DNA of 64,000 bases, from positions 233,145 to 297,144 of the forward strand of contig JAFKKN010000001.1 of the NCBI GenBank assembly GCA_017305535.1. The letters are read 5' to 3'. The notes beneath the pieces are model-generated. The model was not told the origin of the DNA. It saw only the letters and a program-made list of their open reading frames with translations, and searched no databases. Position numbers and translations under genes: made by a program. Below, one piece after another: positions 29,702 through 41,696 of the stretch (the first letter of the stretch is position 1; each line of letters starts with the position of its first letter). The stretch is from Hyphomicrobiales bacterium. Its GTDB lineage: Bacteria; Pseudomonadota; Alphaproteobacteria; Rhizobiales; Xanthobacteraceae.

Positions 29702-31318
29702 TTACTTCTTCTTCACGTCCTTGACGTTGGAGAAGACGATGCCCTCGGCACGTTCCTTGGTATAGCCGAGATAGAACTCGTTTCTGGCGAGGAACACCGG
29801 ATCGCCGTCGACGTCGTCGGCGACGCCGGAATTGTTGGCGGCGACGAAGGCGTCGAGCTTCTTCGGGTCGTCCGACGAAATCCAGCGCGCGAGCTGGAAT
29901 TCGCTGATCTCGAATTCGACCGGCAGCGAATATTCGGCATCGAGCCGCGCCTTGAGCACGTCGAGCTGCAACATGCCGACCACGCCGACCAGCGCCGGCG
30001 CGCCGTCGCGCGGGCGAAACACCTGCACGACGCCCTCCTCCGACATCTGCTGCAAGGCTTCCTTCAGCTTCTTCGCCTTCATCGCATCGGTAAGCCGCAC
30101 GCGGCGGACGATTTCCGGCGCGAAGCTCGGTACGCCGACGAACGACACGTCCTCGCCCTCGGTCAGCGTGTCGCCGATCCGCAAGGTGCCGTGGTTGGGA
30201 ATGCCGACGACGTCGCCAGCGAAGGCTTCGTCGGCGATGGCGCGATCCTGCGCGAAGAAGAATTGCGGCGACGACAGCGGCATCGGCTTGCCGGTGCGCA
30301 CCAGCTTCGCCTTCATGCCGCGCGTCAGCTTGCCCGAGCACAGCCGCGCGAACGCGATGCGGTCGCGATGGTTCGGATCCATGTTGGCCTGGATCTTGAA
30401 GACGAACGCCGTCATCTTCGGCTCGTCCGCCTGCACCAGACGCTGGCTGCTTTCCTGCGCGCGCGGCGGCGGCGCGAATTTGCCGAGGCCTTCGAGCAGA
30501 TCGCCGACGCCGAAGTTGCGCAGCGCCGAGCCGAAATAGACCGGCGTCAGATGACCCTCGCGGAACGCGGCGAGATCGAACGGCTTGCAGGCTTCCGTGG
30601 CCAGCCCCAGTTCTTCCTTCACCTCGTCGACGTTGAGATTCGGATTGCGCGCGGCGAGATCGTCGATGGCGATCTGCTCCGCCGCGCCGGTCTTGGCGCC
30701 GCCGCCTTCCAGCAGGCGGATGCCGCCGGTGGCGATGTCATAGGTGCCAAGGAAATCGCGGCCGCGCCCGACCGGCCATGTCATCGGCGTGGTGTCGAGC
30801 GCGAGCGTCTTCTCGATCTCGTCGAGCACGTCGAAGGTGTCGCGGCTCTCGCGATCCATCTTGTTAATGAAGGTGATGATCGGGATGTCGCGCAGCCGGC
30901 AGACCTCGAACAGCTTTCGCGTGCGGTCCTCGATGCCCTTGGCGGCGTCGATCACCATCACAGCGGAGTCTACCGCCGTGAGCGTGCGATAGGTGTCCTC
31001 GGAGAAGTCCTCGTGGCCGGGCGTGTCGAGCAGGTTGAAAACGAGATCGTTGAACTCGAACGTCATCACCGACGTGACGACGGAGATGCCGCGATCGCGT
31101 TCGATCTTCATCCAGTCCGAGCGCGTGTTGCGGCGCTCGCCCTTGGCCTTGACCTGCCCGGCGAGATTGATGGCGCCGCCGAACAGCAGCAGCTTTTCGG
31201 TCAGCGTGGTCTTGCCGGCGTCGGGGTGCGAGATGATCGCAAAGGTGCGGCGGCGTGCCACTTCGGCGGCCAGCGCCGGGCGTGAGGATGGCTCAGTGGA
31301 GACGGCAATGTCGGACAT
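29702..31318 (-). CDS. prfC: Peptide chain release factor 3
   Basis: Start at ATG 31318. RRRTFAIISHPDAGKTTLTEKLLLFGGAI G1 region and DTPGHEDF G3 motif; 538 aa. Confidence 0.93.
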   Translation of the reverse strand: MSDIAVSTEPSSRPALAAEVARRRTFAIISHPDAGKTTLTEKLLLFGGAINLAGQVKAKGERRNTRSDWMKIERDRGISVVTSVMTFEFNDLVFNLLDTPGHEDFSEDTYRTLTAVDSAVMVIDAAKGIEDRTRKLFEVCRLRDIPIITFINKMDRESRDTFDVLDEIEKTLALDTTPMTWPVGRGRDFLGTYDIATGGIRLLEGGGAKTGAAEQIAIDDLAARNPNLNVDEVKEELGLATEACKPFDLAAFREGHLTPVYFGSALRNFGVGDLLEGLGKFAPPPRAQESSQRLVQADEPKMTAFVFKIQANMDPNHRDRIAFARLCSGKLTRGMKAKLVRTGKPMPLSSPQFFFAQDRAIADEAFAGDVVGIPNHGTLRIGDTLTEGEDVSFVGVPSFAPEIVRRVRLTDAMKAKKLKEALQQMSEEGVVQVFRPRDGAPALVGVVGMLQLDVLKARLDAEYSLPVEFEISEFQLARWISSDDPKKLDAFVAANNSGVADDVDGDPVFLARNEFYLGYTKERAEGIVFSNVKDVKKK

Positions 31319-31417
31319 GGGCGGAGCGTGTGACAAAGAATGGCGGCGGGATCAAGGAGTTTCCGCATCGATTGCGGCGGGTTGCCAGCCGGTTCCGGGC
31401 TCCCCATATCACCCGGG

Positions 31418-31467
31418 CGGAGGGACGACCCTCCGGCTTCATTCAGTCATCGCGGGGACGGCCCTGC
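31418..31467 (+). promoter_or_regulatory. Guanidine-II (mini-ykkC) riboswitch: two tandem ACGR-loop hairpins
   Basis: P1 is CGGAGGG-ACGA-CCCTCCG (31418-31435, 7 perfect bp). A 16-nt linker follows, then P2 GCGGGG-ACGG-CCCTGC (31452-31467). It lies immediately upstream of an SMR/SugE gene. The SD GGAGGG (31479-31484) is identical to the P1 5' arm, so the P1 3' arm CCCTCC can act as an anti-SD. Confidence 0.8.
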
Positions 31468-31488
31468 CTAATCAGTTAGGAGGGTCTC

Positions 31489-31803
31489 ATGGCCTGGTTC
31501 ATGTTGTTCATCGCGGGACTGATGGAGATCGGCTGGGCGATCGGGCTCAAGTACACCGAAGGCTTTACCCGGCTCGTGCCGTCGGTGCTGACGCTGGCGG
31601 CAATGCTCATCAGCATCGTGCTGCTCGGGCTGGCGCTGAAGACCTTGCCGGTCGGCACCGCCTACGCGGTCTGGACCGGGATCGGCGCGGTCGGCACCGC
31701 CATTCTCGGCATCGTGCTGCTGGGCGATCCGGCCACCGCCGCGCGGCTCGGCTCGATCGGCCTGATCGTCGCCGGCATCGTCGGGCTGAAGCTGGTGACG
31801 TGA
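31489..31803 (+). CDS. sugE: SMR-family exporter (SugE/Gdx guanidinium exporter type)
   Basis: 104 aa, 4 TM; [26 protein letters not shown]... with the conserved TM1 Glu. Preceded by a guanidine-II riboswitch. Confidence 0.9.
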   Translation: MAWFMLFIAGLMEIGWAIGLKYTEGFTRLVPSVLTLAAMLISIVLLGLALKTLPVGTAYAVWTGIGAVGTAILGIVLLGDPATAARLGSIGLIVAGIVGLKLVT

Positions 31804-31807
31804 TCGG

Positions 31808-32815
<1,008 letters not shown>

Positions 32816-32832
32816 CCGGCGGCCCCTGTGTC

Positions 32833-33477
32833 CTAGACCTGCTCGATGACGATGCTGTTGATCTCGTTGGCGACGTCGTCGAAACGGTCGGCCACTTTCT
32901 CGAGATGATCGTAGATCTCGGCGCCGACGATGAAGTCCATGGCGTTGGCGTTGCGATGTTTGAGGAACAATTCCTTGAGGCCGATGTCGTGGAGGTCATC
33001 GACACGGCCTTCAAGCTTGCCAAGTTCCTCGACCATCGCCGTCAGCATGGTGACGTTATCGCCGATCGATTGCAGCAGCGGCACGGCACGGCCGACCAGA
33101 TTGGCGCACTCGACAAGCAGCGCGCCGATTTCGCGCATCGGCGGTTCGAACTGACGTACCTCGAACAGCATGACGGCTTTCGCGGTCTGCTGCATCTGGT
33201 CGACGGCGTCATCCATCGCCGTAATCAGGTTCTTGATATCGACGCGGTCGAACGGGGTAATGAAGGTGCGGCGCACCGCGGTCAGAACTTCGCGGGTGAT
33301 ACCGTCGGCGTCGCTCTCGAACTGGTTGACGCGCTGGCAATAGACCAGCGTTTCCGCGCCGCCCTGCAACATCCCTTGCAGCGCCTGCGCGCCCTGCACC
33401 GCGACCTGGGCATGGCGGGCAAACAGGGGGAAAAACTTCTCCTCCCTGGGCAACAGAGCTCTGAACCAGCGTAACAT
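32833..33477 (-). CDS. DUF47 / PhoU-like phosphate-transport regulator partner of Pit
   Basis: 214-aa helical protein immediately upstream of pit. This orfA-pit arrangement is known in rhizobia. Confidence 0.85.
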   Translation of the reverse strand: MLRWFRALLPREEKFFPLFARHAQVAVQGAQALQGMLQGGAETLVYCQRVNQFESDADGITREVLTAVRRTFITPFDRVDIKNLITAMDDAVDQMQQTAKAVMLFEVRQFEPPMREIGALLVECANLVGRAVPLLQSIGDNVTMLTAMVEELGKLEGRVDDLHDIGLKELFLKHRNANAMDFIVGAEIYDHLEKVADRFDDVANEINSIVIEQV

Positions 33478-33868
33478 TGCTATTCCCCGGCCATTCGGTT
33501 GGCGGTACCCGATTGACGCGCCAACACCGTCATGCGACCGGCGTGCCCCGTCTCAAGACCGCGCCGCCGCCCGGGCAAATGCCGAGGCAGGACCGCCTCG
33601 AACCCCCGATACGACAGGCCATCGACATCCGACGGCGCGTCATTGGGCTGTCATAAAACACTTCTTCGGACGGCGCGCAATCGCTCCGGGCGTCGGTCAG
33701 CCCGCCGATCACAACATATGCACCATAAGCACGGCACCGCATTCCAGCCCGTGGCGGGGCGCGAGAACGAGCCGAATACCGCTGACCCGAGGAAACCACG
33801 GAGGCAACATGCGACCGATCACCGGCGTCAGGATCGACGCCGGAGCCCTGCCCTCAATCCGCGTGCGG

Positions 33869-34840
33869 TTAAAGCGAGCGTTTGAAAAGAGCCGCGATCT
33901 CGCCGACGATACCGCGGCGGAAGGTCAGCACGCAGATCACGAAGATCGCGCCCTGGATCACCGTCACCCACTGGCCGAAGCCGGCGAGATACTGCTGCAT
34001 GGCGACAATGATGAAAGCGCCGACCACCGGACCGAACACCGTGCCCAGACCGCCGATCAGGGCCATCAGCACGATTTCACCGGACATGGTCCAGTGCACG
34101 TCGGTCAGCGAAGCGTTCTGCGCGACGAACACCTTCAGCGAACCGGCGAAGCCCGACAGCGTTCCCGACAGGATGAAGGCCATCAGCTTGTACTGGTCGG
34201 CCTTGTAGCCCAGCGAAACAGCGCGGGGTTCATTCTCGCGGATCGCCTTCAGCACCTCGCCGAACGGCGAGTTGATGGCACGGAAGATCAGCAGAAACGC
34301 CAGCAGAAAGGCGACGAGAATGACGTAGTACAGAGTCGTCGGTTTGGAGAGATCGAACAGGCCGAACAGCATCCCCTGCGGAATGCCCTGGATGCCGTCC
34401 TCGCCGTGGGTGAACGGCGTCTGCAAGTAAACGAAGAACACGAGCTGCGACAGCGCCAGCGTGATCATCGCGAAGTAGATGCCCTGCCGGCGGATCGAGA
34501 TCCAGCCGGTGACGACCGACAGCGCACAGGCGCCAGCGGTGCCAACCACGATGCCGATCTCCGGCGACACGCCCCACACCTTCAGCGCATGCGCGGTGAA
34601 ATAGCCGGCGGTGCCGAGGAACATGGCGTGGCCGAACGACAGGAGGCCGCCATAGCCGATCAGCAAATTGAATGCGCAGGCGAACAGCGCGAAGCACAGC
34701 GCCTGCATGACGAAGAACGGGTAGATGCCGGTGAACGGCACCGTGGCCAGCAACGCCGCCATGATGACGAACGCGACCATTTCGTCGCGAATTCCGCGTC
34801 CGGAGGAAGCCGGTGTGGAGTTGTCGGTAATCACTGACAT
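33869..34840 (-). CDS. livM: Branched-chain amino-acid-type ABC transporter permease (LivM family)
   Basis: 323 aa polytopic; last gene of the livG-livF-SBP-livH-livM cluster. Confidence 0.88.
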   Translation of the reverse strand: MSVITDNSTPASSGRGIRDEMVAFVIMAALLATVPFTGIYPFFVMQALCFALFACAFNLLIGYGGLLSFGHAMFLGTAGYFTAHALKVWGVSPEIGIVVGTAGACALSVVTGWISIRRQGIYFAMITLALSQLVFFVYLQTPFTHGEDGIQGIPQGMLFGLFDLSKPTTLYYVILVAFLLAFLLIFRAINSPFGEVLKAIRENEPRAVSLGYKADQYKLMAFILSGTLSGFAGSLKVFVAQNASLTDVHWTMSGEIVLMALIGGLGTVFGPVVGAFIIVAMQQYLAGFGQWVTVIQGAIFVICVLTFRRGIVGEIAALFKRSL

Positions 34841-34841
34841 G

Positions 34842-35705
34842 TTAAGTCGCCCGTCCTGTCAATCCCGTCGGCTTCACCAGCAGCACCAGCACCATCAGAA
34901 CGAAGACCACGGTGTTGGAAGCCTCGGGGTAGAAATACTTCGTCAAACCTTCGACGACACCGAGCGCGAACCCGGTAATGACCGATCCCATGATCGACCC
35001 CATGCCGCCGATCACCACCACGGCGAACACGACGATGATCAGATCGGCGCCCATCAGCGGCCGCACCTGATTGATCGGGGCCGACAGCACGCCGGCGAGA
35101 GCCGCGAGGCCAATGCCGAGGCCATAAGTCAGGGTGATCATGCGCGGCACGTTAATGCCGAACGCACGCACCAGATTCGGATTTTCAGTCGCGGCGCGCA
35201 GATAGGCGCCGAGCCGGGTGCGTTCGATCAGGTACCAGGTGGCGAGACACACCACGAGGGAGAACACCACCACCCAGCCGCGATAGATCGGCAGGAACAT
35301 GAAGCCGAGATTCATGCCGCCCTGAAGCTGCGGAGGAATGGCATACGGCAATCCGGACGAGCCGAAGTAATTCTGGAACACGCCCTGGATGATCAGCGCG
35401 ATGCCGAAGGTCAGCAGCAGGCCGTACAGGTGATCCAGTCCCGCCAGCCATTTCAGCAGCGTGCGCTCCAGCACCATGCCGAAAATACCGACGGCGACCG
35501 GCGCGATGACCAGTGCGTACCAGTAGTTCAGGCCAAGGCCGTTGAGCAGAAAGTACGCACAGAACGCCCCCATCATATACAGCGCGCCGTGCGCGAAATT
35601 GATGATGTTGAGCATTCCGAAAATCACGGCCAGACCGAGACTCAACAGCGCGTAGAACGAGCCGTTGATCAATCCAACCAGAAGTTGGGCGTATAGAGCC
35701 TGCAT
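34842..35705 (-). CDS. livH: Branched-chain amino-acid-type ABC transporter permease (LivH family)
   Basis: 287 aa; MQALYAQLLVGLINGSFYALLSLGLAVIFGMLNIINFAHG is a canonical LivH N-terminus. Confidence 0.9.
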   Translation of the reverse strand: MQALYAQLLVGLINGSFYALLSLGLAVIFGMLNIINFAHGALYMMGAFCAYFLLNGLGLNYWYALVIAPVAVGIFGMVLERTLLKWLAGLDHLYGLLLTFGIALIIQGVFQNYFGSSGLPYAIPPQLQGGMNLGFMFLPIYRGWVVVFSLVVCLATWYLIERTRLGAYLRAATENPNLVRAFGINVPRMITLTYGLGIGLAALAGVLSAPINQVRPLMGADLIIVVFAVVVIGGMGSIMGSVITGFALGVVEGLTKYFYPEASNTVVFVLMVLVLLVKPTGLTGRAT

Positions 35706-35783
35706 AATCTTCTCGCGCCGCCGTCTCTGAACAATATCTCTGAACGAACTCGCCCGGCAGCGACGCTGCCGGGCGTCGCTACC

Positions 35784-37004
35784 TTACTTCTTCAATAGCG
35801 GGCACGTGCTCTTGTCGAGCGGCGTGAACGCTTCGTTCGCCGGAATGGTCGCAACCAGCTTGTAGTAGTCCCACGGTCCCTTGGATTCCGCAGGCGACTT
35901 CACTTCGAACAGATAGGCCGGATGCAACACGCGGCCGTTCGGCTCGATCGATCCCTTGCCGAATACCGGATCGTCGGTCGGCATGGTCTTCATCTTGGCA
36001 ACCATCTTCGCGCCGTCATGCGGGTTCTCGCCGAGCGAGTCGAGCGCCTTGAAGTAATGGAGCAGCGACGAGTAGACGCCGGCCTGCACCATCGTCGGCA
36101 TGGCATGGTTCTTCATGCGATCCTGGAAGCGCTTGGAGAATGCGCGGGTGCCGTCGTTGAGGTCCCAGTAGAATGTCTCGGTCAGGTTCAGGCCCTTGGC
36201 GGTCTGCAATCCGAGCGCGTGGACGTCCGAAACGAACATCAACAAGCTGGCGAGCTTCTGGCCGCCGCTGGTGATGCCGAACTCGGCCGCCTGCTTGATC
36301 GCGTTGACGGTGTCGCCGCCGGCGTTGGCGAGGCCGATGACCTTGGCCTTGGACGCCTGCGCCTGAAGCAGGAACGAGGAGAAGTCGGCAGTGTTCAACG
36401 GATGCTTGACCCCGCCGACAACCTTGCCGCCCGCGGCCGTGACGGCAGCCGTGGTGTCACGCTCGATCGCCGCGCCGAAGGCGTAGTCCGCCGTCAGGAA
36501 GAACCAGGTGTTGCCGCCGGCCTTGGTCAGCGCGGTGCCGGTGCCATGGGCCAACGTATAGGTGTCGTAGGTCCAGTGGATGGTGTTGGGCGTACAGGCC
36601 TTGTTGGTCAGGTCCGAGGTGCCGGCGCCGGAATCGAGCAGGATGCTGTTCTTTTCCTGCGCGAGGTTGGAGACCGCGAGCGCGACCGACGAAGTCGGCA
36701 CGTCGGCCAGCACGTCAACCTTGTCGACGTCGATCCACTGGCGGGCGATGTTGACGCCGATGTCCGGCTTGTTCTGGTGGTCGGCGGAAATCACGTCGAT
36801 CTTCCAGCCCTTCTTGGTGAGGCCGGAATCCTCGACCGCCATCTGGGCCGCGATCACCGATCCCGGTCCCGCCAGGTCGGCGTAGAGACCGGACATGTCG
36901 TTGAGCACGCCGATCTTGACGACCTTGTCGCCCGCGAACGCACCAGTGCCGGCTGCGAGCGCAAGCGCCGTGCCCAGCATCAAAGCTGATAGCTTCCTGT
37001 TCAT
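35784..37004 (-). CDS. ABC transporter substrate-binding protein (LivK type)
   Basis: 406 aa with a signal peptide. Embedded in the liv-like operon and paralogous to 18306-19532 and 39536-40771. Confidence 0.9.
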   Translation of the reverse strand: MNRKLSALMLGTALALAAGTGAFAGDKVVKIGVLNDMSGLYADLAGPGSVIAAQMAVEDSGLTKKGWKIDVISADHQNKPDIGVNIARQWIDVDKVDVLADVPTSSVALAVSNLAQEKNSILLDSGAGTSDLTNKACTPNTIHWTYDTYTLAHGTGTALTKAGGNTWFFLTADYAFGAAIERDTTAAVTAAGGKVVGGVKHPLNTADFSSFLLQAQASKAKVIGLANAGGDTVNAIKQAAEFGITSGGQKLASLLMFVSDVHALGLQTAKGLNLTETFYWDLNDGTRAFSKRFQDRMKNHAMPTMVQAGVYSSLLHYFKALDSLGENPHDGAKMVAKMKTMPTDDPVFGKGSIEPNGRVLHPAYLFEVKSPAESKGPWDYYKLVATIPANEAFTPLDKSTCPLLKK

Positions 37005-37031
37005 ATGTCCTCCCGGTTTTTCTTCGTTGTT

Positions 37032-37776
<745 letters not shown>

Positions 37777-37784
<8 letters not shown>

Positions 37785-38532
37785 GACCCGCCCCCAGATA
37801 GGCTTCCTTGACACGCTCGTCCTTGGTCAGGTCGGCATAGACGCCTTCCGCAAGAACCTTGCCGCGCGTCAGCACCGTGATGACATCCGACAGGTTGGCC
37901 ACGACGTTCAAATTATGCTCGACCATCAGGATGGTGTACTTGGCCGAGATGCGCTTGATCAGCGCCGCGATCTTGTCGATGTCCTCGTGGCCCATGCCGG
38001 CCATCGGCTCATCGAGCAGCATCATTTCGGGATCGAGCGCCAGCGTGGTGGCGATCTCCAGCGCCCGCTTGCGGCCGTAAGGCATTTCGACCGCCTGGGT
38101 ATCGGCGAACTCGCTCAGGCCTACGTCCTCGAGCAATTCCTTGGCGCGCGGGTTGAAACGGTCAAGCACCGACTTGGAACGCCAGAAATCGAACGACGCG
38201 CCGTGCTGACGTTGCAGCGCCACGCGGACATTCTCCAGCGCGGTCAGATGCGGGAACACCGCCGAAATCTGGAACGAACGCACGAGGCCGAGCCGCGCCA
38301 CGTCGGCGGGCGCCATCGAGGTGATGTCCCTGCCCTTGTAGACGATCCGCCCGGCGGTCGGCTGCAAGAACTTGGTCAGCAGATTGAAGCACGTCGTCTT
38401 GCCGGCCCCGTTGGGTCCGATCAACGCATGAATGCTGCCGCGACGTATCTTCAGATTGACGTCACGAACCGCTAGAAACCCGGCGAACTCTTTCGTCAGT
38501 CCCTGGGTTTCGAGAATGAACTCATCGGCCAA
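37777..38532 (-). CDS. livG: ABC transporter ATP-binding protein (LivG type)
   Basis: Walker A GPNGAGKTT and Walker B MMLLDEP; 251 aa. Confidence 0.9.
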
Positions 38533-38837
38533 TTATTTTCCCCCTCAGCCTTCGCGCGCTGTGTCCCACGCGTGACCGAATTGTGTCAACAGCCTTACCC
38601 GACAATGTTCTGGAACCATCGCGGGCTGGCCTATTGGGTCGGAATATGCCGCTTTTGCCTCCAACTACGCAAGGCACAAAACGTCACGAACACGGGCTTG
38701 ATCGATCACGATCGGCATTAGCCCTTAGTCTTACCTGAGCGCGCCGTCCAGTGTGGCCGATTTGACATTCCTTGCCGGAATGCCGAGGCCGGAAACTAGC
38801 TTCCGGACGTATCGCAGGGCAGAACGCCGGCGCGCAC

Positions 38838-39194
38838 TCATCGCTTCGGCGCCATCTCCTTGAGATAGATTTCCGGCTTGAAACCGACCAGCAACCTGCC
38901 CGGCATCTCCAGAACCGGACGCTTGATCATCGACGGCTGCGCCAGCATCAACGCGATGGCGTGGCGTTCGTCGAGATCGGCCTTATCCGCCTCGGACAGC
39001 TTGCGAAACGTGGTGCCGGCGCGATTGAGCAGCACCTCCCAACCGACCTTCCCGCACCATCCGGCGAGGCGCGCTTTATCGATGCCGTCCTGCTTGTAGT
39101 CGTGGAAGTGATAAGCAACGCCATGCGTATCGAGCCAGGCGCGGGCCTTCTTCATCGTGTCGCAATTCTTGATGCCGTAGATCGTCACGCTCAT
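38838..39194 (-). CDS. ArsC/Spx-family (YffB-like) thioredoxin-fold protein
   Basis: MSVTIYGIKNCDTMKKARAWLDTHGVAYHFHDYK...; 118 aa. Confidence 0.85.
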   Translation of the reverse strand: MSVTIYGIKNCDTMKKARAWLDTHGVAYHFHDYKQDGIDKARLAGWCGKVGWEVLLNRAGTTFRKLSEADKADLDERHAIALMLAQPSMIKRPVLEMPGRLLVGFKPEIYLKEMAPKR

Positions 39195-39535
39195 GCGCGT
39201 TCACCCATGGATGAGCCGTCGGGCGGTTCTTTTAGCCGGTGGCCCGTCAACCGCAAACCGGTTGTGCACAATCGCGCACGTGGCCGAAAGTCGCCCCGCG
39301 AAAACAGGATCACGCATCGCTTCAACGGCCTTCCGAACTACATTTTCTCTCTCATGCAAAATTCGCATGACGACTTCTTCCCGGTTATAAATCTCGTTCT
39401 GACCTGCGGCCGCGACATGCCCGGCGTCCCGAAAGACATCGGGCGCCGAAATTGCGGCAAGCGGAAAGCGATCGGTATCAGACAACCGCAAAGCGCCGGT
39501 CTCCCCGACCCGTCCCCCGGCACGGTTGACGGGTC

Positions 39536-40771
39536 CTACTTCTTCAACAGCGCGCACGTGCTCTGGGAGATCGGCAGGAAAGCCTGATCGGCGGGCGTGG
39601 TCCCGACCAGCTTGTAGAGGTCCCACGGTCCCTTCGATTCCGACGGCTTCTTCACCTCGAACAGATAGGCCGGGTGAATGGCGCGGCCATTCGCCTCGAT
39701 AATACCAGGCCCGAACAGCGGATCGTCGGTCGGCATGGTCTTCATTTTTGCGACCACCCTAGCGCCGTCATGCGGATTGCCGCCCATCGCCTCCAGCGTC
39801 TTGAAGTAATGCAGCAGCCCGCCATAAACGCCGGCATGGGTCATGGTCGGCGGCGACCCCTTGCGCATCCGCTTGGCGAACCGGTCCGAGAACGCGCGGG
39901 TCTTGTCGTTGAGGTCCCAATAGAACGTTTCGGTGAGATTGAGTCCCTGCGCGGTCTGAAGCCCGATCGCCTTCACGTCGGTGATGAACAGCAGCATCGC
40001 CGCCAGCTTCTGTCCGCCCGCCACGATGCCGAACTCCGCCGCCTGTTTGATGGCATTGGTGGTATCGCCGCCGGCGTTGGCGAGGCCGATAATTTTCGCC
40101 TTCGAGGCCTGCGCCTGTAACAGGAACGACGAGAAGTCCGAGGTGTTGAGCGGATGCTTGACGCCGCCGACGACCTTGCCGCCGGATTCCTTGATGATCG
40201 CCGCCGCGTCGCGCTCCAGCGCCGAGCCGAATGCGTAGTCCGCCGTGAGGAAGAACCAGCTATCGCTGCCCGCCTTCACCAGCGCCTTGCCGGTGGAATG
40301 TGCCAGCATGTAGGTGTCGTAGGTCCAATGCACGGTATTCGGCGAACACTGCGCGTTGGTGAGATCGGTGCTGGCGGCGCCGGAGTTGAGATGGATCGCA
40401 TTCTTTTCGCGCGTGACGTTGTTGACCGCCAGCGCCACACTCGAATTGTTGATGTCGGCGATCACGTCCACCTTGTCGATGTCGAGCCATTGCCGCGCCA
40501 GGTTGACGCCGATATCCGGCTTGTTCTGGTGATCGCCGGACATCACTTCGATCTTCCAACCCTTCGCGCGCAGGCCTGAATCCTCGGCGGCCATCTCCGC
40601 CGCGAGGGTCGATCCCGCCCCGCCGAGATCCTGATAGAGTCCGGACTGATCGGTGAGCACGCCGATCTTCACCGCCTTGTCCTGCGCCAGCGCGAGGCTG
40701 GACGCCGAACAGGCAACCGCAATCAGGCCGGCCATGAGCGCGCGCGACGGCACACCGAGAACGTTACGCAT
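39536..40771 (-). CDS. ABC transporter substrate-binding protein (LivK type), orphan copy
   Basis: 411 aa with a signal peptide; third paralog of the family in this window. Confidence 0.9.
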   Translation of the reverse strand: MRNVLGVPSRALMAGLIAVACSASSLALAQDKAVKIGVLTDQSGLYQDLGGAGSTLAAEMAAEDSGLRAKGWKIEVMSGDHQNKPDIGVNLARQWLDIDKVDVIADINNSSVALAVNNVTREKNAIHLNSGAASTDLTNAQCSPNTVHWTYDTYMLAHSTGKALVKAGSDSWFFLTADYAFGSALERDAAAIIKESGGKVVGGVKHPLNTSDFSSFLLQAQASKAKIIGLANAGGDTTNAIKQAAEFGIVAGGQKLAAMLLFITDVKAIGLQTAQGLNLTETFYWDLNDKTRAFSDRFAKRMRKGSPPTMTHAGVYGGLLHYFKTLEAMGGNPHDGARVVAKMKTMPTDDPLFGPGIIEANGRAIHPAYLFEVKKPSESKGPWDLYKLVGTTPADQAFLPISQSTCALLKK

Positions 40772-40783
40772 CGTTTCCCCTCC

Positions 40784-41662
40784 TCAGATGTTGGTCAGTT
40801 CTTTCAGTCCGCGGTACAGCGCGCTGTCCCGATCGATCAGGAATTCGATCATGTCGAAGTGATGCCCGTCGGCCTGCCGTATCACCTCGCAGCGCAGCCC
40901 GGCCTTGCGCCAGGCCTCGGCAAAATCACGCTCCTGCCGATGAAACTCGCCGGATTCGATGCCGCCGACCGACAGCAGCAGCATGGGCGCCGACGACGGA
41001 ATGGCGAGCATGGGGCTATTGCGTTGCGCGGTCGCGGCATCGAGGCCGATCTCCTCGTTCAGGTAACAGAGACGGATCGGTTCGAGATCGTAGAGGCCGC
41101 TGAGCGCGAGGCCGCCCTTGACCAGATCGCGCGGCAAACCGCGCGCCGCCCAATCGGTGATGATCGACATCACCGTGAGATGCCCGCCCGCAGAACTGCC
41201 GGTGACAACGATACGGTCGGCGTCGAAACCGTAGGTCGCGGCATTGCGATAAAGCCATGCCAGCGCATCGCGGACATCGTTGACGATATCGTCCATCGTC
41301 ACATGCGGCGCGAGACGATAGTTGATCACCGCAAGGTTGATGCCGTCGGCAACGAAGGGCTCGGCCACGTAGCCGAACTCGGACTTGTCCTGCGCGCGCC
41401 AGTATCCGCCGTGAATGAACACGACGAGCGGCTTGCCCGCCTCCCCGCACAGAAACAGATCGAGATTCTGCAACGGCGCTTCACCATAAGCGAGATCGAT
41501 ATGCGCGTTCTTGCCGAGCGCCGCGCACACCGCCGCGCTCCGCGTCTTCCAGCTTTCGAACAACTCGGGGAAGTCCGGCACCTGAGCGCGGATATTATAT
41601 TGCGCATCGAGAATCGGCTGCGTCATGCGACGATAGACATAGTTCTGCTTCAACTCTTGCAT
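40784..41662 (-). CDS. Alpha/beta hydrolase (esterase/arylformamidase-like)
   Basis: HGGYW oxyanion-hole motif (FIHGGYW) and nucleophile elbow GSSAGG. Confidence 0.8.
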   Translation of the reverse strand: MQELKQNYVYRRMTQPILDAQYNIRAQVPDFPELFESWKTRSAAVCAALGKNAHIDLAYGEAPLQNLDLFLCGEAGKPLVVFIHGGYWRAQDKSEFGYVAEPFVADGINLAVINYRLAPHVTMDDIVNDVRDALAWLYRNAATYGFDADRIVVTGSSAGGHLTVMSIITDWAARGLPRDLVKGGLALSGLYDLEPIRLCYLNEEIGLDAATAQRNSPMLAIPSSAPMLLLSVGGIESGEFHRQERDFAEAWRKAGLRCEVIRQADGHHFDMIEFLIDRDSALYRGLKELTNI

Positions 41663-41696
41663 GCCTGTGCTTTCGTTGTGGTGGTCGTGTGAGGTA

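Noticed and set aside
29666-31285. Long antisense ORFs overlapping real genes. Examples are 29666-31285 opposite prfC, 56950-59037 opposite guaA/rsmB, 59169-60653, 22740-23855, 35922-36989, 8742-9692, and several inside cas9.
   Set aside because: These are typical shadow ORFs of a high-GC genome. They are Arg/Ala/Gly-rich with no motifs, and the opposite strand encodes clearly recognisable proteins.
39201-39626. 141-aa minus-strand ORF in the arsC-SBP intergenic region
   Set aside because: No SD and a mixed codon bias. It overlaps both the terminator hairpin of the binding-protein gene and the arsC-family start, so it is probably non-coding.
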